64,000 bases of DNA. Origin: Promethearchaeota archaeon. Lineage in GTDB: Archaea; Asgardarchaeota; Lokiarchaeia; Sigyniarchaeales; SOKP01. The stretch spans positions 302,349-366,348 of the forward strand of contig JBHLOY010000001.1 in the NCBI GenBank assembly GCA_048939995.1. Reading direction: 5' to 3'. The translations under genes and the position numbers were made by a program. The notes beneath the pieces are model-generated. The model was not told the DNA's origin. It was given only the letters and a program-made list of their open reading frames with translations, and did no database searches. This document shows positions 48,740 through 57,873 of this stretch, piece by piece. How positions within the stretch are numbered: the first letter of the stretch is position 1; the number at the start of each line of letters is the position of its first letter.

Positions 48740-48869
48740 ATTTTCTTCTAAATTTATCTTATTTTTATTTTTGCAAAATTTTAAACTTCAATTTTACTAT
48801 TAACTTAAGAAAATAAGAATAGACTCAATTTTTATATGAAATGAGTTCATGAGAGAGAATTTTAAAAGG

Positions 48870-49254
48870 TGAAAAGGTTTCGAGAAGCTGCAATGACTAT
48901 CAAAAGGTTTTCCGGACAGCCAAAAGATTATCATTGCGTAGTAATGCTTCCGTTCCTAGGTCTGGAAATCTCTATGCATGATCGATTTATTAAGTTATGT
49001 TGCGTTATGAAAAGAATCTTCATTCATAAGCATAATTGCTTATACCTGTGAACGTTCTTATCGTTTGATAATTTTACCAATTCGTTAGAATCGGCAAGAT
49101 TGAACGTCAAATACAAACTGGAAAGCTTGCATCTTAAGTCCTGATTATGCTTTTTACACACAACCTCTTTTCATATTGCTATTAACTTTTTTTAGTACCA
49201 ATGCATTGAGGTTACATTACTGCTTCTCGATGTTCACAGCATTTGATATGAACA
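48870..49254 (-). ncRNA. Candidate novel large structured ncRNA (~385 nt)
   Basis: 16-nt end-to-end helix (49230-49215 with 48895-48880), many internal stems with minus-strand G-U pairs, upstream TATA-like TTTAAATA (49283-49276), pyrimidine-rich 3' tail. Confidence 0.6.
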
Positions 49255-49380
49255 AGTATTAGTGTGATAAATTTATATTTAAATAAATCTATTAAGGGGT
49301 TATTAGTTTACCAACTATATTTGGAAAAATAGGTTTTTTAGTCGACTTATCATTCATAGTTAACATTTTCATTAAAATTT

Positions 49381-51783
49381 TTAACCAATAAAACAAGATA
49401 AATCTCTTTGAGAAGATTTTTTCCAGTAATCTCGTTTGAGCACTTCTTCAAGTTCAGGAAATTCGAACGGAAATATATTTTCGAAGGCTCTTTTTAATAG
49501 TTCAATATATTTTTTCTTATCGTAGTGATGTATCCGTTTATTATAAAGATCAGAGATAATAACCTTTCGATCGGGAAAATCTGGGTCGGCATTGGCATTA
49601 AGAATTATATACTTTACATTCTTTCCAGGTGTTACTATAGAACCAGATTCTTCCAATTGTCTAGCAGCAATAGCCTGATATGAATTCACTTTATAAGCTG
49701 AGGGTTTGCGAGATATTCGTTGGCGAATTGTGAGGTCTTGTGTTGATAGCTTTCCTGAATAAATTTTATCAGCAAATTCATGAAATTTCGTTTTTGCCAA
49801 TGGAATTCTTTTTATAAATTCATTAATAGTTTTTGCACCTTGGAAAATGTCAATAAAGGCATACTGGGCTTCTTTCACGATCGTAGGCACATCTCTACGT
49901 CGTACTTCAATACCCCGAACTTTAACTTCGCCATTGCTCTTTATGCCCCAATAATGACTAAGAGCTGGAACTCCTGGCTCAGCTTTTGAAGGGAGAAATA
50001 CAATTATACTATATCTACCTTCCCAACTCATTGGAACATTTGTATGTTCTGAGATTCTATCAGCAATTTCCTTTGATATCTTCTCGAATTCTTCTGCTGT
50101 TCTTCCCCTTGTATCTTGAAGCCAGATGGAATCAACAATGCCATGAACGATTTTACAGTCATACTCTTCAGCAATCTCGACTGCTCGCATAAGAAATTCA
50201 CGTGCAAATGCACATACCGTTTGATGAGCTTCGATTTTACCAAAACGTGCGTTTTTAAACCCTAAGTATCCAAAACTTACGACAAGAACCCATTTTAAGG
50301 CAATATCAGTGAACTTATAACGAACATTTCCTGTCTTTCGTACATACTCTTTATATTTTAATCTTTTAGACAAGGGAAGCTTTATCGACTTTGCGATAAT
50401 TCCTTCTCTTTTTGAGCAGATATGGAAATCCAACCCCGGTACCTTTATGCCTGTTCCATCATCCTTACAACATTTGCAGTTGAGAGTTTCAGAGGAAATA
50501 TTATAATTTGCCATTACGGAAGGATACATAGAAGAGAAATCTAGTTCAACAATATTGTCAAAGACACCAATCATCGGTTCGAAGATGTGTCCTCCCCGAT
50601 CACTTCTTATTAAGTCCATTGCTGAATTAAATCCTTCAGGACTCTTTTTAAATGGGGCAATTAAGTGATCAAGTTTATACGCATTGTAATACTGGATGGA
50701 CTGGAGCGCTCCTCCAATTGTTATTCGAGAAAGTCGTTGTAAGGACACTCGTGAAATACGGGCAACTTCAATAACGCCAGGAATATTACCTTCGGTGAAA
50801 TGAAGGCTGGCATAGGATGCAGTATCTAAATGAAACCTGCCTGTAAAATATACTTGCGTCTTCGAACGATGGAATATAATGCCATATGACATATAATGGC
50901 TTGATCCTCCTGAGAGATTAAAAAGGCTCTTCTCTAGTGGAGTTTTATCTCGAGAGAAATAAAGCTTTCTTGATATGCCATTTACAGAAGCTCGAGCAGC
51001 TAAATATGGAAACATGAACTCATCCCCATTTTGTGTGAGAATTATATCAGGATCAAGCCTCTCAATGGCTTTGCTTAAATTTTCCAACTTTTCTGATTCA
51101 CTACCTTGATCTATTAAGTATGTTTTCTTTTTGTATCCATCTGCCCGAGGAACATTATTCTCATCATTTTCAACAATGCTAATTTGTATAGAATCAAGTG
51201 GATCGTTATAGTATGGTCTTATTCCTTCATATTGAACCTTAATGTCAATCCATACAGCTTTTAGGGGAGGTAAATCATAAAATAGTTTTTCGTTGTTATC
51301 TTTCAATTCTAAAGAAACAAGCTTAGTTAAATAACCCCTTTTATTTCTGGTTCTCTTTATCTTAAAATGACAAAAAGACATTGGAAATAAATCGTTAACG
51401 TAGAAATACATTTGAGCAATAGGCAAATCTGTATTGTATAAGGTAAAGAGATCGATTTCATCAATTTCCTGAATAGTTTTCTTAAATAACGACGGTTTTT
51501 TCACTGATACGCCTAAGACTTGAGTTTTGTTTTGGTCTTCTAATTTCACATATTTGTCACATATTCTCACTTTTTTGACGTTATGATTTTGTTGAATGAT
51601 ATGCTTTAATCTTTCAAGGTCATTTCCAGCACTTGCTTCTGGTACTGCAAAGAACTCAGGGCAAAAATCATGATATAGCTTTATAACCTTCTGCTCTTTA
51701 AAGGGTTTTACCCAGAGAATGACCCCCTCGCTAAACGTTGAAACATCTAAAAGCCAGCCATCAAAAATCTTTTCCAAAATCAA
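49381..51783 (-). CDS. polB2: Family B DNA polymerase, PolB2 group (altered motif C)
   Basis: LDFSSMYPS, ALKWVLVVSFGYLG, HGIVDS instead of YGDTDS, VRGIEVRRRD; degenerate exonuclease motifs. Confidence 0.92.
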   Translation of the reverse strand: MILEKIFDGWLLDVSTFSEGVILWVKPFKEQKVIKLYHDFCPEFFAVPEASAGNDLERLKHIIQQNHNVKKVRICDKYVKLEDQNKTQVLGVSVKKPSLFKKTIQEIDEIDLFTLYNTDLPIAQMYFYVNDLFPMSFCHFKIKRTRNKRGYLTKLVSLELKDNNEKLFYDLPPLKAVWIDIKVQYEGIRPYYNDPLDSIQISIVENDENNVPRADGYKKKTYLIDQGSESEKLENLSKAIERLDPDIILTQNGDEFMFPYLAARASVNGISRKLYFSRDKTPLEKSLFNLSGGSSHYMSYGIIFHRSKTQVYFTGRFHLDTASYASLHFTEGNIPGVIEVARISRVSLQRLSRITIGGALQSIQYYNAYKLDHLIAPFKKSPEGFNSAMDLIRSDRGGHIFEPMIGVFDNIVELDFSSMYPSVMANYNISSETLNCKCCKDDGTGIKVPGLDFHICSKREGIIAKSIKLPLSKRLKYKEYVRKTGNVRYKFTDIALKWVLVVSFGYLGFKNARFGKIEAHQTVCAFAREFLMRAVEIAEEYDCKIVHGIVDSIWLQDTRGRTAEEFEKISKEIADRISEHTNVPMSWEGRYSIIVFLPSKAEPGVPALSHYWGIKSNGEVKVRGIEVRRRDVPTIVKEAQYAFIDIFQGAKTINEFIKRIPLAKTKFHEFADKIYSGKLSTQDLTIRQRISRKPSAYKVNSYQAIAARQLEESGSIVTPGKNVKYIILNANADPDFPDRKVIISDLYNKRIHHYDKKKYIELLKRAFENIFPFEFPELEEVLKRDYWKKSSQRDLSCFIG

Positions 51784-51785
51784 CT

Positions 51786-52058
51786 TTAGGACTTGTCTCT
51801 TATTTTTTCTTCTAATTCCTTTATATTATTCTCCAAAAACTCAATTTTTTTCTCTTGTTCTATGGCAAAAGACATAAAAAGAATTTCTGAGAGCAAGGGC
51901 CGTCCTCCTAAACTACCAGCATCAGCATGAATTCGCGAATAGTTCACTAATTTATCAAAAATCTTTCGCTCTTCAGGCCTAAGTGCTCTTTTGAAATCTT
52001 TCCAACTCTCGATTTCTTGTTCAAGTGCAGGTCGGAATGAAGGCACAGTTCTACCCAT
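51786..52058 (-). CDS. PolB2-associated small helical protein (arCOG07300-like)
   Basis: MGRTVPSFR...W..FKRALR..ER..FD signature; ends 2 nt before the polB2 start. Confidence 0.85.
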   Translation of the reverse strand: MGRTVPSFRPALEQEIESWKDFKRALRPEERKIFDKLVNYSRIHADAGSLGGRPLLSEILFMSFAIEQEKKIEFLENNIKELEEKIRDKS

Positions 52059-52258
52059 CTTTTCAAACCAAAACTTGTTTTTAAATCCTTAGAAGGGAAG
52101 TAATTCGGATAATTAAAAAGAAGATACTAAAAGTATTTACTGATTTTTTACACAACTGTTAAAATGAGAAGAATTAAACCATATATAGATCTTTAACTTT
52201 CTAAGATCTATAATCTTCTTGATTTGTAAAAATTTTAAACGAAGAGAAATAAATTAAT

Positions 52259-52666
52259 ATGTCATTAGAACAACATGCTCCTTGTGGAATTTTTTGTTCC
52301 AGATGTCCAGGAGTTAAATTTTATAATTGTAAAGGATGCAGAAACCAAAAAGGTCAGATAAAAGATTTCCCGGTTTGTAAGACTTATGAATGCGTCACAG
52401 GTAAAGGTTTTAATTTCTGTTATGAATGTGAAGATTTTCCATGTGAAAAGCTACAACCTATAGTTAATTTTGAGATATTTACACCCCATAATTCTAAAAT
52501 ATATAACTTGCTAATGATAAAAAAATTAGGAATTACGACATGGAATGAAATCTGTGATCAAGTATCAGATTTATATTATAAAGGACGAAAGATTCGCTAT
52601 GGTGGCGATCCTTTAACTCTTAAAGAAAAAAATCCAAATTTGTATAAAAAGAAGAAAGAAGAATAA
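52259..52666 (+). CDS. DUF3795-family Cys-rich protein
   Basis: APCGIFCSRC, CKGCR and FCYECEDFPC. Confidence 0.88.
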   Translation: MSLEQHAPCGIFCSRCPGVKFYNCKGCRNQKGQIKDFPVCKTYECVTGKGFNFCYECEDFPCEKLQPIVNFEIFTPHNSKIYNLLMIKKLGITTWNEICDQVSDLYYKGRKIRYGGDPLTLKEKNPNLYKKKKEE

Positions 52667-52692
52667 GTTGGGGAATTATAGAGGATATTAAC

Positions 52693-53451
52693 TCAGGATA
52701 ACCAGCAATCTAATGTTTTAGTTCTTGTAGCGTTAGCAAGACTTCTCTTAGGTCTTCGAGGTCTCCATTTCAAAAGGTGTCTTTCTGATAGAAATGGATG
52801 CTGAACAAGAATATATTCTACATATCGCTCCTCATTGTTTATTAGAACTAATACATTTCCAAAATGGGAAAGAATTTTCCCTCCCTTGGGACGGAAAGAG
52901 CTATATTCGTTTAATGGAGCAGTTATCACGATTAGTGGCTTTGTCTTTTGAAGAATCTTTTTAATACCATTTATCGCTTTTAATATGTCTTCAAATGTCT
53001 GCTTTTCATAATTTTGAAGTAATGTAGTTATCCCCGAAATTAAAACAACCTTAACTTTCTCGAGATCAGAAAGTTTGTGTTCCAATAACTCGATCATTTG
53101 TTCCCAAGTAAAAGCACGAGCAATTAAGATGTTATCTAAAACAATGCGTGGCGATAAATTCTGAGATACCGCAAACTTACTTATATTATAAGGATTGAAT
53201 CGATTATTCCCATCAATAAAGGCTATCTTTACACTCTTACCTCTTAAACCCCCATGCGCATATGATTTTTGTGATATCACCGAAGTTGTTAGCAAAATGT
53301 TAGTAGTTGTCACCTTATCTCCGTAAAGAAGATAAACTAGATCTTTGTGGAACCCTCCTCCCAGTAGTTCATCTAAAGTTGAATCTCCACTTGACATAAT
53401 TGGAATTTCTCGACTTTTTCTGTAAAATCTGAACCCCGAATTGAATGACAT
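52693..53451 (-). CDS. RadA/Rad51-like protein with degenerate Walker A (PolB2-cassette type)
   Basis: SGDSTLDELLGGG, FIDGNNRFNPY and LDNILIARAFT; P-loop reads YGDKVTTTN with no GKT. Confidence 0.85.
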   Translation of the reverse strand: MSFNSGFRFYRKSREIPIMSSGDSTLDELLGGGFHKDLVYLLYGDKVTTTNILLTTSVISQKSYAHGGLRGKSVKIAFIDGNNRFNPYNISKFAVSQNLSPRIVLDNILIARAFTWEQMIELLEHKLSDLEKVKVVLISGITTLLQNYEKQTFEDILKAINGIKKILQKTKPLIVITAPLNEYSSFRPKGGKILSHFGNVLVLINNEERYVEYILVQHPFLSERHLLKWRPRRPKRSLANATRTKTLDCWLS

Positions 53452-53750
53452 CAGATATTATATCTTTTTCTTCAAAAAAAAGTTGGGTTACTCCGACAAT
53501 TTTCTAAAATGCATCTTCTTCAAATTGATAGTCAATTAAAAGGAATTTAAATAGGAATTGGTTTTCTTTTAAAGATAGGATCATTTCATGGAGGCAGAGA
53601 GAGATGATTATAAGTAAAAGTAAATGAAAGAATAATAATTTTCTTTTTTTTAGAAATTATCTTTTGATAAACCTTTTTAATAGAAAGCAGCTTAATTAAT
53701 ATCACAATTCAAATTACATTTGAAATAATTCATACAAAAGTGTATATGAT

Positions 53751-55463
53751 ATGGAAAATCCTTATGAAAATCGTTTTTGGCGTAAGAGCTGGGATAAAGG
53801 TCTTGCAGACTTAGATTCAAGTCTTTGGGAAACATCTTATAGTGATGCTGTAAGGGATACATTTGAAAAATTTCCAGAAAAGATGGCATTAGCATATCAA
53901 GGCTTAGAAATTCCATATAAAGATGTTGACATATATTCTAATCAGTTTGCAAATATGCTGGTCGAAAATGGCTTTAAGAAAGGAGATGTTGTGGGGATTA
54001 ATTTACCAAATATTCCGGAATATATTTATGCTTTGCTTGGGACACTTAAAGCAGGATGCATTGTATCTGGAGTAAGTCCATTAATGTCCGATGTTCAAAT
54101 GCATTATCAAATAGATGATTTAGGCAGTGGTGGTAAAAATGTTGCGTTGGTCACACTAGATGCGATATTTCAGCATAGATTAAAAAATATTGCTGATAAA
54201 TTACCACAACTTAAATTGGTTGTAACAACCAGCGTAATTGGATCATTCGATAAAGAATCTCGTGAAAAAATAAGAGCTGTAAGAGAAATACCATTTGGAG
54301 AAGTTACTCCTTTAAAGGATAAAATAGTATTAGACTTTCAAGATGATGTGTTAGTTAAATATCCTAAAAATTTACCAAATGTTAATGTAACTCCCGATGA
54401 TATTGCTTTTATACAATATACCGGAGGAACTACAGGTCCCCCAAAGGGAGCAATGCTAACACATAGAAATTGCGTATCTGATCTTCTTATTGTGCAAAGA
54501 TGGTTAGATTGGGAGAGAGGGGCTGGGGTTGCTTTATCAGGTTTTCCTTTCTTTCATATTGCAGGTACTTTCTTCTTAGAAAATTGTATCTATTTAGGTT
54601 GGAGCCAGATTTTAATAGCAAATCCGCGAGATGCATTACATATTTGTAATGAAATCAAAAAGTATCAACCCAATACCTTAGTAAATGTACCATCGTTATA
54701 TCAGATTTTAATTAATTTTCGCAAATTTAGCCGACTAGATCATTCAAAATTGGAAGTTTGTATTTCAGCGGCATCTCCATTCCCTGTTGAGTCCCAGAAA
54801 GCTTTAGAAAAAATTGTTGGGGAAGGAAAATTATTAGAAGTTTATGGAATGACAGAATGCTCACCATTGACAACTATGAATCCTTCGAGAGGTGAGCGTA
54901 AGCTAGGATCAATAGGATTACCATTATTGAATACAGAGTTAAAATTAGTTGATCCTGATACAAATGAATTAGTTCCCCTTGGAGAACCTGGTGAGATCTG
55001 TGTTAGAGGCCCAATGGTAATGAATGGGTATTATAATAAACCTGAGGAAACAAAAAAGGCTATTGATCTAGATGGGTTTATGCATACTGGAGATGTTGCA
55101 GTGATGGATGAAAAAGGCTATTTGAAAATCGTTGATAGAACAAAAGATATGATTATCGTGGGAGGTTTCAAAGTTTTTTCAAGTAAAGTTGAGGATATTC
55201 TTTCGAAACATCCAGCTATCGGCATGATTGCTCTTGTAGGTGTTCCTAATCCCGATAGACCAGGTTCTGAATTTGTTAAAGCATTTATTCAAATAAATCC
55301 CGAATTCGATTATGATGGAACTGAAGAAGCCTTAAGCGGAGAGATTTTAAAATTTGCTAAAGAAAACTTATCCCCATATGAAGTACCAAAATATATTGAA
55401 ATTATGAAAGAGCTTCCACTAACTGTTGTGGGGAAAGTTGACAAAAAAGTATTAAGAGAATAA
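53751..55463 (+). CDS. Long-chain fatty acid-CoA ligase (AMP-forming)
   Basis: YTGGTTGPPKG, YGMTE, TGD, DRTKDMI and GKVDK. Confidence 0.93.
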   Translation: MENPYENRFWRKSWDKGLADLDSSLWETSYSDAVRDTFEKFPEKMALAYQGLEIPYKDVDIYSNQFANMLVENGFKKGDVVGINLPNIPEYIYALLGTLKAGCIVSGVSPLMSDVQMHYQIDDLGSGGKNVALVTLDAIFQHRLKNIADKLPQLKLVVTTSVIGSFDKESREKIRAVREIPFGEVTPLKDKIVLDFQDDVLVKYPKNLPNVNVTPDDIAFIQYTGGTTGPPKGAMLTHRNCVSDLLIVQRWLDWERGAGVALSGFPFFHIAGTFFLENCIYLGWSQILIANPRDALHICNEIKKYQPNTLVNVPSLYQILINFRKFSRLDHSKLEVCISAASPFPVESQKALEKIVGEGKLLEVYGMTECSPLTTMNPSRGERKLGSIGLPLLNTELKLVDPDTNELVPLGEPGEICVRGPMVMNGYYNKPEETKKAIDLDGFMHTGDVAVMDEKGYLKIVDRTKDMIIVGGFKVFSSKVEDILSKHPAIGMIALVGVPNPDRPGSEFVKAFIQINPEFDYDGTEEALSGEILKFAKENLSPYEVPKYIEIMKELPLTVVGKVDKKVLRE

Positions 55464-55496
55464 ACTTTCCTTCATAATATTTTTTTTTATTAAAAT

Positions 55497-56273
55497 CTAA
55501 GTTTTATTTAGCTCTATTTCGACGAGTAGAATGATCTTAGGAAAAATATCCCCAATTTTTTCATGAATTACCACTTCAGCATTGTCATCCATATCAGTAT
55601 GCTGAATGTTGATAATCGCTAATTTCGCACCAGCAGAAAGAGCTTTTCTGGGATAAAAAGCAACAGGATATACTAAAAGACTACTTCCAAGTACAATCAA
55701 CAGGTCACAATCTGAGATCATCTCATCTGCTTGTACTAGTGTTTCAGAATGCAAGGGTTCACCGAAAAAAATTGCATTTGGTTTTAATAAACCTCCACAA
55801 ACTTCGCAGGAAGGAGAATAATTTCCTTTCAATACCTGGTTTATCATGGTGGTAATAGGATAAATCTCTTTACATCTCATGCATATGGCTTCATTTACTG
55901 TACCATGAAGTTCAATTATGTTCTTAGTATGCGCCTTTCGATGAAGTCCATCGATATTTTGAGTTAAAATCCCTTCAAGTTTTCCTAATTTCTGGAGTTT
56001 CGTTAAAGATTTATGCCCATTGTTTGGTCTTGCCTTGAAAATGTTCATCCCCATTTCTAACATAAATTTTAGGTTTTTTTGAGTATCAGATATGTAAGAA
56101 TGAATACTTGCAAATTCATTTGGGTTTACTTGTTCCCATAAACCAGTCCCAGGGCTTCGGAAATCTGCAATACCGGACTCTGTACTCATCCCAGCACCTG
56201 ATAACACTACTATTTTTTTTGCATCTATGATTAATTGGGCAAATTTTCTTATCTTTTCATCCAAATTATTCAT
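55497..56273 (-). CDS. cobB: Sir2-family NAD-dependent deacylase
   Basis: GAGMSTESGIADFR, TQNIDGLH, ELHG, two CxxC and GSSL.VYP. Confidence 0.93.
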   Translation of the reverse strand: MNNLDEKIRKFAQLIIDAKKIVVLSGAGMSTESGIADFRSPGTGLWEQVNPNEFASIHSYISDTQKNLKFMLEMGMNIFKARPNNGHKSLTKLQKLGKLEGILTQNIDGLHRKAHTKNIIELHGTVNEAICMRCKEIYPITTMINQVLKGNYSPSCEVCGGLLKPNAIFFGEPLHSETLVQADEMISDCDLLIVLGSSLLVYPVAFYPRKALSAGAKLAIINIQHTDMDDNAEVVIHEKIGDIFPKIILLVEIELNKT

Positions 56274-56463
56274 CTATGTATTTTCCCCTAATTCATTTGA
56301 AAATTGATACAAAAATAGAAAAAATATTTAATATTATTATTTTTATTTATTGATTATAATATATATTATTATAATTGATTAAGTTATAACATAGCAAATT
56401 TTTTTCATTATATCTATTAATATAAGAGGTATTTACTAATATACTTAAAGGAGATAAACTGAA

Positions 56464-57018
56464 GTGTGGGATGGGCAAATTTCTAAATCTTATATTTATA
56501 AAATTTGTGTAGTCGGAGACGGAGGTGTTGGAAAGACCTCAATGGTATTGCGTTATTGCGAAAACACATTTAAGGAAAATTACATTATGACTATTGGGTC
56601 CAATTTTTCTACTAAAACCGTCGATTTGCCAGCCTATCCTCAACTGCAGGTGAAACTTCAAATTTGGGACCTCGCTGGCCAGAAACATTTCAGCTTTGTA
56701 CGCCCACCATTCTACCGAGGAGCTACTGGAATTGTTTATGTATTTGATTTAACACGAAGATCCTCATTTTCTGATCTAATTGAATGGAAAAGTGAAGTAG
56801 AGAAAGTTGTTTCTCAAAAACCAAGTTTATTAGTTGGTAATAAGATTGACTTAGCCAGAGAAGGTAAAAGAGAAGTATCTTTTCAAGAAGGAGAAGCCTT
56901 AAAATCAGAGTTAAATGCAACTAAGTATTTTGAAACTAGTGCAAAAGAAGGGGATTCTGTGGAAGAAGTATTTAAACTCCTAACCCTTGAAATTTTGAAA
57001 ACCTCTGGTAAGATTTAA
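56464..57018 (+). CDS. Rab-like small GTPase
   Basis: GDGGVGKTS, TIG, WDLAGQ, FYRGA, GNKID and ETSAK. Confidence 0.94.
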   Translation: MWDGQISKSYIYKICVVGDGGVGKTSMVLRYCENTFKENYIMTIGSNFSTKTVDLPAYPQLQVKLQIWDLAGQKHFSFVRPPFYRGATGIVYVFDLTRRSSFSDLIEWKSEVEKVVSQKPSLLVGNKIDLAREGKREVSFQEGEALKSELNATKYFETSAKEGDSVEEVFKLLTLEILKTSGKI

Positions 57019-57101
57019 AATTTAATGTTCTATAATGATTAAATTAAAATTAAGTATTATATTTTTAACAAATAAGCTTTAGATCTTTTTAGGTTGTAAA
57101 T

Positions 57102-57827
57102 ATGTTTGGTGGAGGTCAAGTAAAGTACGATCGTGCGCTTACTGTGTTTAGTCCAGAAGGGCGCTTATTCCAAGTAGAATATGCATTGGAGGCCGTTAGG
57201 CGTGGAACTCTAGCTGTAGCTGTGAAATCTAATGATGCTGTATGTCTTGCGGCTCAAATTAAGATAGCTTCTAATTTAATGGATGCAGATTCTATAGATA
57301 AATTATTTCAAATTGATGAGCATATAGGTGTGGCAATTTCCGGTTTACATGCCGATTCTCGAATTTTAATCAATTATGCTCGTGTTCAAGCACAATCATT
57401 TAGATTAACCTATGATGAACCTGTCCGGCTTAGTATGTTAGTAAAGACTCTTGCAGATATTAAACAACAAATGACACAATTTGGAGGTGTGAGACCTTTT
57501 GGATGTGCTCTCTTTTTTATAGCTATTGATCCAGCAGGAGCTCAGATTTACACAACCTCTCCGAGCGGAATTTATCGTTCATTTAGAGCATATGCCTTAG
57601 GAAGCGGAGAAGCTGCTGCCAGAGAATATTTAATCGCAAATTATAAGGAAAAAATGCTATTTGAAGAATTAGTTAAATTGGCATTAAAAGCTTTAAAAGA
57701 ATCAATAGATGAAGAGGCAACAAAAGAGAACATTCGGTTAGCTTATATTAAATCAGAGGACAAAAAGTTTCATATGTGCTCGAAAGAAGAAGTTGAGAAA
57801 TTCTTAATCGACTTAGAAAAAAAATAA
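57102..57827 (+). CDS. psmA: 20S proteasome alpha subunit
   Basis: YDRALTVFSPEGRLFQVEYA, SGLHAD and GGVRPFG. Confidence 0.96.
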   Translation: MFGGGQVKYDRALTVFSPEGRLFQVEYALEAVRRGTLAVAVKSNDAVCLAAQIKIASNLMDADSIDKLFQIDEHIGVAISGLHADSRILINYARVQAQSFRLTYDEPVRLSMLVKTLADIKQQMTQFGGVRPFGCALFFIAIDPAGAQIYTTSPSGIYRSFRAYALGSGEAAAREYLIANYKEKMLFEELVKLALKALKESIDEEATKENIRLAYIKSEDKKFHMCSKEEVEKFLIDLEKK

Positions 57828-57873
57828 AATTAAATTTTAATTTAAGCATTTTTTGTAATTATATCGTAAGGCA

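Noticed and set aside
48869-49051. 60-aa plus-strand ORF in the ORF track
   Set aside because: No recognisable motifs, unusual composition, and it lies antisense to the structured RNA candidate; probably spurious.
48880-49230. Reading the 16-nt inverted ends as MITE terminal repeats
   Set aside because: No target-site duplication in the flanks, no transposase in the window, and the internal stems show strand-specific G-U pairing. Not fully excluded without a genome-wide copy search.
48870-49254. SRP RNA or RNase P RNA identity
   Set aside because: A UGUAAC and an AGG..GGAAGCA stretch are present, but there is no proper Alu fold or GNRA-capped helix 8, and no GAGGAAAGUCC-type P4 motif. An Rfam scan is still needed.
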